Of a stretch of 62,241 nucleotides of DNA, positions 19,044 to 27,274 are shown piece by piece. Origin of the DNA: Candidatus Methylomirabilia bacterium (lineage in GTDB: Bacteria > Methylomirabilota > Methylomirabilia > Rokubacteriales > CSP1-6). The stretch covers positions 1 through 62,241 of the forward strand of contig JBGQHJ010000007.1 in the NCBI GenBank assembly GCA_041497895.1, in the 5' to 3' direction. The notes under the pieces were generated by a model that saw nothing but the letters and a program-made list of their open reading frames with translations, was not told where the DNA came from and did no database searches. Numbering within the stretch: the first letter of the stretch is position 1; the number at the start of each line of letters is the position of its first letter. A program made the position numbers and the translations under genes.

Positions 19044-21161
19044 ATGACCGCCGCGGCCCGGCGGATCGGCGTCCTCGCCGTCGCGGGCGCCTGGTGGCTC
19101 GTCCTCGCCACGGCCTTCCTGCTGAACCGGGGCGAGGACGCAAGCAGGCTCCCCGCTCTGATCGGGATCGTTCTCTCCCGGCTGGGCCAGGGGCCCGTGT
19201 GGGGCCCGGCCGGTTTGCTTTCCCTGACGGGTCTGCTGATCGCTGGCCTGATCGGCCTTGCCTGGTACGGGCTCGGCGATGCGATCGTTCACCGGATCGG
19301 CTCGGACGAGACCGGCGAGCTTACCCTGGGAGTCGCCGAGCGTGGGCTGCTCGGCGCCGGCGCGTGGTCCCTCGTCTGGTTCTTCCTCGGCGTGCTGCCT
19401 CTCTATCGCGTCTCGGCGGCGGCCCTGACCCTGCTCGTGGGCCTGGCCCTGGCCGCCTCGGCGCTCGCTCGAGCCCAGCCGACCGCGGCCGGCGTCGGCC
19501 GCGCCGTCGGAGGCGGGGCGCTGGGTCTGATCGTCACCGGACAGGTCCTCGCGCTCGTGGGTGCCCTCGCGCCGCCGACCGCAAAGGACACCCTCCTCTA
19601 CCACTACGCCCTTCCCAAGGCCTGGATCGCGGCCGGGCGGGCGATCGAGGTGCCGTACAACATCGCGGGTTACTACCCCCTTGGGGTCGAGATGCACGCG
19701 GTATGGGCCATGCTCCTGGGCGCTCCGCTCGGCGTCCGGGCCTCCGAGGCCGCGGCCGGCGCGACCTTGTTCCTCTTCGCGCCGCTGCTCGCGATGACGG
19801 TGTACGGGTGGGCGCGTGAGCGGGGCGCAGACCGCGCGTGGGCCATCGTCGCTGCGCTGGTGATCGCCTGGATCCCCACCGCCTACGACGTGGCCGCGAG
19901 CGCCTACGTGGACCTGGCCCTGGCCGGCTACACCGCGCTGGCGGTGCGCGCGTTCGGGCGCTGGTGGGCCATCGGGCGATCGCGTGATCTCGTCGGCGTC
20001 GCGGCGGGGATCGGCGGCGCCCTCTCGATCAAGCTCAGCGCCGCGTTCCTGCTGCTGCCGCTCGCCCTGCTGGGATTGCTCCACGCCCTGGGGGTGGGGC
20101 GAGGAGGCCGGGAGGCCAGGCGGCCCGGCACCGCCCTCACCGCGGCCCGGGTGTTGGGAGCGCTCGCCCTCGGCGTGACCATCGCCGCGCCCTGGTACGT
20201 CCGGAACTGGATCCGCACCGGCAGCCCACTCTTCCCGTTCTATCTCGAAATCTGGCCCGCCCAGGCCTCCGGCTGGGACCTGGAACGCTCACGCCTCTAC
20301 GAGACGCTGTTCTCGCTCTACGGAGACGTCCGGAGCCCGCTCGACTACCTGTGGTCACCGCTCCGGCTTGCCGTGGCCGCCCAGCCGGATCAGCCGGCGT
20401 ACTACGACGGCGTGCTCGGTATCGCCTTCGTCTTCGCGCTGCCGCTGCTCGGGTGGGCCCTGTGGCGGCGCCGCCTCGACGTCGAGCTACGCCTGGCCCT
20501 CGTGATCTCGGCCGGCCTCTTCGTCTTCTGGCTGTTCTCCAGCCAGCAACTCCGGTACCTCCTGCCCGCGACGCCGGGCCTGGCCGTCGCCATCGCGGTG
20601 GCCGGCCAGGGGCTCGAAAGGAGCGTGGGCCGCGTGCTCCGCGTCCTCGTCCTCGCCGCCGCCGCCCTCGGCCTGCCCGTGCTCGTGGCCTGGTTCCTCA
20701 CGCTCGATCCCACCCGGGTCGTGCTCGGGGGCGAGCCGCGGGAGAGCTTTCTCGCCCGTCGGCTGGACTACTATCCGTACTACCAGATGGTGAACCGCGA
20801 CCTCCCGCTGAGCGCCAAAGTGTGGCTCATCGACATGCGGCGCGACACCTACCACCTGGACCGGCCATCGTTCTCCGATTTCATCTTCGAGGACTACACC
20901 CTCACCCGGTACGTGCGGTCCGCGGCCAGCGTCGAGGAGATCCGGGCCCGGGTCCAGGCCGACGGCATCACCCACCTGCTGGTGCGGCACGACATCCTGC
21001 TCGACTACGAGCGCTCGCCGATCGTGGACGAGCGGCGCCCGCGCTCGGAGAACGTGGCGAAGCTCGAGCTGATGGCCGCGTTCTTCACCCAGGGCACGCG
21101 CGTCATCAAGGGCGACCGGAAGTTCTGGCTCATCGAGCTGCCCACGGATCGCCCGCGCTGA
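19044..21161 (+). CDS. Polytopic membrane protein, GT-C/ArnT-like putative glycosyltransferase
   Basis: Many TM helices; D.LLYHYALPK, AYVD, PWYVRNWIRTGSPLFPF, SQQLRY. Confidence 0.65.
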   Translation: MTAAARRIGVLAVAGAWWLVLATAFLLNRGEDASRLPALIGIVLSRLGQGPVWGPAGLLSLTGLLIAGLIGLAWYGLGDAIVHRIGSDETGELTLGVAERGLLGAGAWSLVWFFLGVLPLYRVSAAALTLLVGLALAASALARAQPTAAGVGRAVGGGALGLIVTGQVLALVGALAPPTAKDTLLYHYALPKAWIAAGRAIEVPYNIAGYYPLGVEMHAVWAMLLGAPLGVRASEAAAGATLFLFAPLLAMTVYGWARERGADRAWAIVAALVIAWIPTAYDVAASAYVDLALAGYTALAVRAFGRWWAIGRSRDLVGVAAGIGGALSIKLSAAFLLLPLALLGLLHALGVGRGGREARRPGTALTAARVLGALALGVTIAAPWYVRNWIRTGSPLFPFYLEIWPAQASGWDLERSRLYETLFSLYGDVRSPLDYLWSPLRLAVAAQPDQPAYYDGVLGIAFVFALPLLGWALWRRRLDVELRLALVISAGLFVFWLFSSQQLRYLLPATPGLAVAIAVAGQGLERSVGRVLRVLVLAAAALGLPVLVAWFLTLDPTRVVLGGEPRESFLARRLDYYPYYQMVNRDLPLSAKVWLIDMRRDTYHLDRPSFSDFIFEDYTLTRYVRSAASVEEIRARVQADGITHLLVRHDILLDYERSPIVDERRPRSENVAKLELMAAFFTQGTRVIKGDRKFWLIELPTDRPR

Positions 21162-21189
21162 CCGGGCGCGTGGCGATCGGGCGCGCCGC

Positions 21190-22647
21190 TCAGCCCCCGG
21201 GGCGCGGCCGGTACACCTCGGTCGCCCCCACCCGCTCCGCGAGCACGTAGCGCCGCTCGATCGCCCCCAGCATCTCGTCGGTCCAGCGCTGCCGGTGGAG
21301 CGGCACGTCGGGAATCCGGTAGATCAGGATCGCGGCAAAGGCCTGCCGCTCGATGTCGCCGAGGAACCCATGCTGGTCCCAGCGTCCGGCCCGGGCCAGC
21401 TGGGTCATCTCGAACGGCTGGAAGAAGATGGGGCGACCGTCCAGCGGGAGGAGCCCCATGTCCTCATCGGCCAGCACGATCCCGGGAGCGCGGTGAACCA
21501 CGTCGAGCAGGCGTCGGGCCTCCTCGGCCTGCCTGAGACGGACGTGGGTCACCGTCCGATATGGCGAGACAAGGACCACGAGGGCCAGGTCGAGCGCCAG
21601 GAGCAGGGCGATCGCGGCGTGCACCGCCCGGCGCGGCCGCTGCCAGGCGAGCACCGCCCCGATCGACAGGCTCACGCCCGCCCCCAGCTCGATCAGGTAG
21701 TTCACGTTCGAGCCGACCTTGCCGATGGTCAGGCCCGAGACGACCGCACCCAGGACATAGGGCGCGACCAGTCGCCAGGACGGCACCCGGAACCAGGGGG
21801 CGAGGAGCAGGAACGCGGCCACCGCGGCGAGGGCGAGGGGCATGAGCGTCCACACGTCGGTCAGGTATTGCGCCAGCGATCCCGCCTGATAGGCATTCAG
21901 GTTGGCGGAGACGATATTGAACGAGAAGCCGCCCCCGGTCTCGAGCTCGAGACCCAGGAAGAGCGCGGCGCCCAGGCCCCCGGTGAGAGCGGCCAGAGCG
22001 AGAGCCCGGCGCCACGAGGTAGCCTGGCCCAGCCACACACAGGCCGCGAGCGGCGCCGCCACCCCGTACGACTGGCGGGTGTAGATCGCGGCCACGAGCA
22101 GGAGCGCCGCCGCGGGCACCGTGAGCCGACCCGCGGGCCGCCACACCACCAGCCAGAGCCCGCCGAGGCTCAGCGCCAGGGCCAGCGCGTCCACGCGATA
22201 GAGCGACGACCAGTAGGCCACGGGGGGAAAGGCCAGCAGCGCGAGCCCGCCGATGACCGCGGCCAGGCGATCCCGCGTGAGAGCGCGCAGGATGAGGCCG
22301 ACGAAGGCGGCCGCCGCGACGACGCTGAGCCACGAGAGCAGGCGCCCGTACCAGAATGCCGGCCCCCAGAGCCGGCCGAGCGGGCTCAGCACCAGCGGGT
22401 AGACAGGGGGGTAGTTGCTCACGGTGTACGGGGGCGCGGTCAGGTCCGCGCGGTAGAGGCGCTCGAGGCGCCCCAGGCGTCGCGTCTGATCGAGCAACGG
22501 TCCCTCTCCGTAGTCCATCGGATACGGAAAGCGGATGACGCGGGCACCATCGGCCACGAAGAGGCCGGCGGCGGCGACCAGGACCAGGAGGAGAACACCC
22601 GCGGGCAGCATGGCCGCCAGCGATCTCGCGTCAAGGCGTAAGCGCAT
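21190..22647 (-). CDS. Polytopic membrane protein, ArnT/GT39-like putative glycosyltransferase
   Basis: DYGEG, NYPPVY, GRLLS, RVD, K.GSNVNY; about 10 TM segments. Confidence 0.65.
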   Translation of the reverse strand: MRLRLDARSLAAMLPAGVLLLVLVAAAGLFVADGARVIRFPYPMDYGEGPLLDQTRRLGRLERLYRADLTAPPYTVSNYPPVYPLVLSPLGRLWGPAFWYGRLLSWLSVVAAAAFVGLILRALTRDRLAAVIGGLALLAFPPVAYWSSLYRVDALALALSLGGLWLVVWRPAGRLTVPAAALLLVAAIYTRQSYGVAAPLAACVWLGQATSWRRALALAALTGGLGAALFLGLELETGGGFSFNIVSANLNAYQAGSLAQYLTDVWTLMPLALAAVAAFLLLAPWFRVPSWRLVAPYVLGAVVSGLTIGKVGSNVNYLIELGAGVSLSIGAVLAWQRPRRAVHAAIALLLALDLALVVLVSPYRTVTHVRLRQAEEARRLLDVVHRAPGIVLADEDMGLLPLDGRPIFFQPFEMTQLARAGRWDQHGFLGDIERQAFAAILIYRIPDVPLHRQRWTDEMLGAIERRYVLAERVGATEVYRPRPGG

Positions 22648-22667
22648 GGTATCGGGCCGCGCGAGCA

Positions 22668-22785
22668 GTTATAGCATCGGCGGGTCCGGACCCCACCGAT
22701 GTTCGGAACCCCCGCGCCGGCCACCCGGCGGAACCCCCGCCGCGCTCCTGAGTTTGGAACCGCCTCGGGGGCTGCGTGCTATCAT
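22668..22785. promoter_or_regulatory. Divergent promoter region with extended -10 elements on both strands
   Basis: TGCTATAAC on - (22668-22676) and TGCTATCAT on + (22777-22785); GGAACC repeated at 22705, 22730 and 22756. Confidence 0.45.
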
Positions 22786-22840
22786 GATCGACAACGATGA
22801 TCTCCAGGCTGGGCAACCCCTGGACGAGGGAGGTCGGCGA

Positions 22841-23623
22841 GTGGGTCTAGCCACGTTCCTCGAGCGCACCTGGAGCGGTCTCACCGGGCTCGTCAAGCCG
22901 CGGTCCGCGGCGACGATGTTCCGGCTGGCCGACCAGTACCGCCACGAGGGCCGCTACGAAGAGGCGGCCGACCTCATCGCGGAGGGACTTCGGGTCTCCC
23001 CCAATATCGCGGTTGGGCACCTGCTGGACGCTTACGTCCACGTGGTGTTCCGCGAGATGCCGGCGGCCAAGACCTCGTTCCGACGGGTGCTCTCCCTCGA
23101 CCCCTACCATCCGCGAGCCCTGTTCGGGCTGGCCCGCATCGCCCTGGAAGAGGGCGACATCGAGGGGTGCCGGCCGTTCCTGGACCGGGCAATCCAGTAC
23201 TTCCCTGACTTCCCCGAGGCGAAGGCGCTCCAGGAGATGGTCGCGACCTGGTCGGCGCCGGCCGCGGCGTCGGCGGCCACGGTCGGCGCGATCAACACCG
23301 AGCGTCTCCGTCTGCCGCAGAACGCGCACGATCTGATTCTCACCCACGCGGACGGTACGCTCGTGTTCGCGCAGGGTAGCGAGGAGCGGCAGCGGCAGCT
23401 CTCCCTGCACATGACCCAGGTGTACCGCATCGCCTCCGCCACCCTCGCGCGTGCTGGCCTTGGCGCGATGCGGCGCGGGGTCGTCGAGGGTTCGTCGGAG
23501 ATGACGTTCATCCGGAGCGACGGTGGGGTGATCCTCGGAGTCGCGCTGCCGCGCGAGATCGAGGTCGGCGCCGGCCTGGTCCAGGTGGGCCGGCTGTGGA
23601 CCGATCTCAACATCAAGAGCTGA
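22841..23623 (+). CDS. TPR protein with C-terminal roadblock/LC7-like domain
   Basis: GTG at 22841 after GGAGGT; three TPR-like repeats (..LDPYHPRALFGLARI..); C-terminal ILTHADGTLV...LARAGLGAMRRGVVEG...GAGLVQV roadblock-like pattern. Confidence 0.7.
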   Translation: MGLATFLERTWSGLTGLVKPRSAATMFRLADQYRHEGRYEEAADLIAEGLRVSPNIAVGHLLDAYVHVVFREMPAAKTSFRRVLSLDPYHPRALFGLARIALEEGDIEGCRPFLDRAIQYFPDFPEAKALQEMVATWSAPAAASAATVGAINTERLRLPQNAHDLILTHADGTLVFAQGSEERQRQLSLHMTQVYRIASATLARAGLGAMRRGVVEGSSEMTFIRSDGGVILGVALPREIEVGAGLVQVGRLWTDLNIKS

Positions 23624-23626
23624 GCG

Positions 23627-24070
23627 ATGGCCGACGCGCAGACCTCCTCCGACTCGACCGCGCCCCACGATCCCGGGGCCGCTTCCCCGCGCCCCTCGCG
23701 GGCCCAGGCCTTCCGCGAGACGCTCTTCGAGCTGATCCGGCTGGACGGGGTCCGGGGGGGACTCATCGTGACCCCGGATGGCCTCGTGATCACGTCCGAG
23801 CTGCCGCCCCGCTTTCCGGTGGAAGCGCTGGCTGCACTCGCGGCGACGCTGGGAAGGGAGCTGGAGCTAGGAGCTTCCCGCCTGGACCGCGGCGCCTTCC
23901 GGACCGCGCTCTTCTCCGCCGACGACGGAACCGTCTTCGTGGGGGGGAGCCCGGTCGGCTACGTCACCCTGGTGGCGGACCGCAACGTGAACATGGAAGC
24001 GGTTCGCAGCGCGCTCGGCCGGGCGGTCGACCGCCTGCGCGGCACCTGGCGTACCGCCGGCGCCGCCTGA
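23627..24070 (+). CDS. Roadblock/LC7 domain protein (MglB/MglC-like)
   Basis: LDGVRGGLIVTPDGLVITSE, EALAALAA, LVADRNVNMEAVR. Confidence 0.85.
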   Translation: MADAQTSSDSTAPHDPGAASPRPSRAQAFRETLFELIRLDGVRGGLIVTPDGLVITSELPPRFPVEALAALAATLGRELELGASRLDRGAFRTALFSADDGTVFVGGSPVGYVTLVADRNVNMEAVRSALGRAVDRLRGTWRTAGAA

Positions 24071-24077
24071 CCTCGGC

Positions 24078-26156
24078 CTAGCCCAGCGTCACCCGCAGGA
24101 CTTCCTCGACCGTCGTCACGCCGTCGATCACCTTCTGCAGCGCGTTCTGGCGAAGGGTCTTCATGCCCTGCGAGCACGCCGCGTCCTGGATCTCGTTCGT
24201 GGTCGCATTGCGCAGGATCAGATCGCGGATCTCGGTCGAGATCGGCATGACCTCGTAGATCGCTACCCGCCCCTTCATACCGGTGAAGTTGCAGGTCTGG
24301 CATCCCTTGCCCTTGTAGAAGTTGATCGTGCCGAGGCCCTGGGGCACGTGCCCGTACGGCACGAGGCTCTCCTCGGTCGCCTCGTACGGCTCCTTGCAGT
24401 CCCGGCATACGCGCCGCCCAAGTCGCTGGGCCAGGATCAGCTGCAGCGACGAGGAGACCAGGAAGGGGGGAATGCCCATGTCCAGGAGTCGGGCGGGGGT
24501 GGACGGGCAATCGTTGGTGTGGAGCGTCGAGAGCACCAAGTGACCGGTCAGCGCGGCGCGGATGCCGATCTGGGCGGTCTCGAGGTCTCGCGTCTCTCCG
24601 ACGAGGATCACGTCAGGGTCCTGCCGCAGGAAGCTGCGCAGGCACGCCGCGAACGTGCGCCCGATCTCGTCGTTGACCTGGACCTGGTTGACGCCCTTCA
24701 GGTTGTACTCGACCGGGTCCTCCGCGGTCATGATGTTGATGTCCGGCGAGTTGATGGTGTGAATCGCCGAGTAGAGCGTCGTGGTCTTGCCGGAGCCGGT
24801 CGGCCCCGTGATCAGGATCATGCCGTAGGGGCTGTGGATCGCCTTGGTGAACTGCTCCATGCTCCAGGGATCGAAGCCGAGCGCGGTCAGGTCGAGCTGC
24901 AGCGCGTCCTTGTCCAGGATACGCATGACCGTCTTCTCGCCGAAGATCGTCGGCAGCGTCGAGACGCGGAAGTCGATCTCGCGCTGGTGGTAGCGCAGCT
25001 TGATCCGACCGTCCTGGGGAAGCCGCCGCTCCGCGATGTCGAGAGTGGCCATGATCTTCACCCGCGACGTCAGCGCCGCTTCGAGTCGCTTGGGCGGGGT
25101 CATGATCTCGTGGAGGACGCCGTCGATGCGGAACCGGACCCGGAACACCTTCTCGTAGGGCTCCAGATGAATGTCCGAGGCGCCCCGCCGGATGGCGTCG
25201 GTCAGGATCATGTTGATGAGCCGAACCACCGGGGCTTCGTCGGCCGACTCCTTGAGGTCGAAGACGTCGGCCTTGGTGAACGTCTCCTCACCGCCCTCGA
25301 CGACCTCGACGTCGGTGTCAGCCTCCTCGAGCTCGCTCATCATGTCGGTGACGCTGGCCCCGGTCTCGTAGAGCCGCTCGAAGGCCTTGCGGATCGCCGC
25401 CTCCGACGCCACCACCGGCTGGATCTGCAGGCCGGTCATGAAACCCACGTCGTCGAGCGCGAAGACGTTGGTAGGGTCGGCCATCGCGAGGGTGAGGGTA
25501 TTCCCCATGCGCTTGATCGGTAGCACGCTGTGCTTCTTGGCGATCTGCTCCGGCACGAGCTTCAATACGTCAGGATCCGGGTCGACCTGCGCGACCGTGA
25601 TCGCGGGGATCGAGTATTGCTTGGACAGGAACGAGACGAGGCTGTCCTCGGTGATGAAGCCGAGACGGACCAGGATGGTCCCCAGCTTGTCCGCGCTTCC
25701 CTTCTGCTCCGCGAGGGCGCGCTGTAGCTGCTCGGTCGTGATGAGCTTCTCGGCCACCAGACGATCGCCGAGCCGGGACAGGCTGCCCTGTCGTCGCTCG
25801 CTCGCCACCGCGGCGGCGCTCCGCTTGCCCGGCCCCCGCCCGATCCCGTTCTCTCCGGCCGGGTCCATGTCGACCACCGGCGCGGGAATGGGCGCGGCCG
25901 TCGCCACCGGCCCCGCCGACACCTCCGGCGAAGGAGTCACGCTCGCTGACGGTCGCCCGCCCACCGTGCCGGCCAGGCGCGCCACGACCCGGGACAGGTT
26001 CTCCCGATCGCCCAGCTTGGTGTAGATTTCCTTCAGGGTCTCGAGCGCACCGGTATCCGAAGGATTGGCCTCCACGATCATCTCGCAGAGTCGGGCCGAC
26101 TCGGCCAGGGAGCGCTTCTCTTCCGAGGACAGCGGCTTGCTCTCGATCTGGGCCAT
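24078..26156 (-). CDS. pilB: Type IV-A pilus assembly ATPase PilB with N-terminal extension and MshEN domain
   Basis: ASDIHLEP, RFRIDGVL, DIAERRLPQDG, GPTGSGKT, EDPVE, RQDPD, GHLVLSTLHTN, CRDC/CQTC. Confidence 0.92.
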   Translation of the reverse strand: MAQIESKPLSSEEKRSLAESARLCEMIVEANPSDTGALETLKEIYTKLGDRENLSRVVARLAGTVGGRPSASVTPSPEVSAGPVATAAPIPAPVVDMDPAGENGIGRGPGKRSAAAVASERRQGSLSRLGDRLVAEKLITTEQLQRALAEQKGSADKLGTILVRLGFITEDSLVSFLSKQYSIPAITVAQVDPDPDVLKLVPEQIAKKHSVLPIKRMGNTLTLAMADPTNVFALDDVGFMTGLQIQPVVASEAAIRKAFERLYETGASVTDMMSELEEADTDVEVVEGGEETFTKADVFDLKESADEAPVVRLINMILTDAIRRGASDIHLEPYEKVFRVRFRIDGVLHEIMTPPKRLEAALTSRVKIMATLDIAERRLPQDGRIKLRYHQREIDFRVSTLPTIFGEKTVMRILDKDALQLDLTALGFDPWSMEQFTKAIHSPYGMILITGPTGSGKTTTLYSAIHTINSPDINIMTAEDPVEYNLKGVNQVQVNDEIGRTFAACLRSFLRQDPDVILVGETRDLETAQIGIRAALTGHLVLSTLHTNDCPSTPARLLDMGIPPFLVSSSLQLILAQRLGRRVCRDCKEPYEATEESLVPYGHVPQGLGTINFYKGKGCQTCNFTGMKGRVAIYEVMPISTEIRDLILRNATTNEIQDAACSQGMKTLRQNALQKVIDGVTTVEEVLRVTLG

Positions 26157-26173
26157 GGTTGGTGTCCGTCAGC

Positions 26174-26662
26174 TCAGACCGGGCGCTCCCGGAGGGAAGA
26201 CTGCACCTCGTCCTTGTGCAGCGGCGCGGCGAGCGCGCCGGTACGCTGCGGGCGCGTCCGAGTCTCCGCGAGGATGGCCCCGATGGCGGTCCCGGCTTCC
26301 TTCGCGAATAGACGCACCATGCCGACCGTGGTCCGGCTGTCGAAGATGGCGAGCAGGATCGCGTGCTCGTCCACCGCGGCCACGTGGATGCTCTCCTTCA
26401 CCCCCTGGTGAAACAGCATGGTGAACTCGGTCTCGCCCAGCAGGCGGGCCATGGCCGCCGTCGAGCTGAACGCGCCCGCCGCGAGCGCGGACAGCGATAC
26501 GGTGTCGAGCGACCGCGACGCGCCACCCCGGGCGAGAAGCTGTCCGCTCCGATCGATCAGCAGCGCCTCCATCGCCCCGGACTCTCCGAGGAAATGCAGG
26601 AGGACGCCATTGATCCGCTGCGCGTCCTCCTCGTGGATGGCCAGGTTGTCATTTAGACTCAT
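26174..26662 (-). CDS. mglB: MglB-like roadblock GTPase-activating protein
   Basis: ALLIDRSGQLL, SLSALAAGAFSST..MARLLGETEF..LFHQG..ESIH, IFDSRTTVGMVRL. Confidence 0.88.
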   Translation of the reverse strand: MSLNDNLAIHEEDAQRINGVLLHFLGESGAMEALLIDRSGQLLARGGASRSLDTVSLSALAAGAFSSTAAMARLLGETEFTMLFHQGVKESIHVAAVDEHAILLAIFDSRTTVGMVRLFAKEAGTAIGAILAETRTRPQRTGALAAPLHKDEVQSSLRERPV

Positions 26663-27266
26663 TGAGCGCCCCCTGTTCTTGTCCGAAACCGGCGACGAGG
26701 ACCATGCGCGACACCGTGTTCAGCGTGTCGAAGACCCCTTTGCCCTCGACGGCGACCGACTCGAAGTACGGGACCCGCCGGCCCCTGCGGTTCAGCAGGT
26801 ATTCGAGGTACTCCACCGGCGCCACGTTGGGCAGGTCCCGCTTGTTGTACTGGATCACGTAGGGAATCTCATCAAGATTGTACCCGTACTCCTTCAGATT
26901 CTCTTCGAGGTTTCGGAAGCTCTCGACGTTTTCGCGCAGCCGGTCCCACTGCGAATCCGCGACGAACACGATGCCGTCGACGCCGCGCAGGACCAGCTTG
27001 CGGGTCATGTTGTAGTACACCTGCCCGGGCACGGTGTAGAGCTGGAACTTCGCCACGAAGTTCCGGACCGTCACCGCCGAGACCGGCAGGAAGTCGAAGA
27101 AGAGTGTCCGATCGTCCCCGGTCGCGAGTGACACCATGTTGCCGCGGTTCACGTCCGGCAGCCCCCGGTAGATGTACTGGAGATTGGCCGTCTTCCCCGC
27201 GACTCCGGTGCCGTAGTACACGACCTTGAAACTGATCTCTTTCTGCGCGTAGTTGATGATGGACAT
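26649..27266 (-). CDS. mglA: MglA Ras-like small GTPase
   Basis: INYAQKEISFKVVYYG...GKT, DRTLFFDF (Arg finger), LYTVPGQ, VDGIVFVADS, QYNKRDL. Confidence 0.93.
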   Translation of the reverse strand: MSIINYAQKEISFKVVYYGTGVAGKTANLQYIYRGLPDVNRGNMVSLATGDDRTLFFDFLPVSAVTVRNFVAKFQLYTVPGQVYYNMTRKLVLRGVDGIVFVADSQWDRLRENVESFRNLEENLKEYGYNLDEIPYVIQYNKRDLPNVAPVEYLEYLLNRRGRRVPYFESVAVEGKGVFDTLNTVSRMVLVAGFGQEQGALNESK

Positions 27267-27274
27267 CGATCGCC

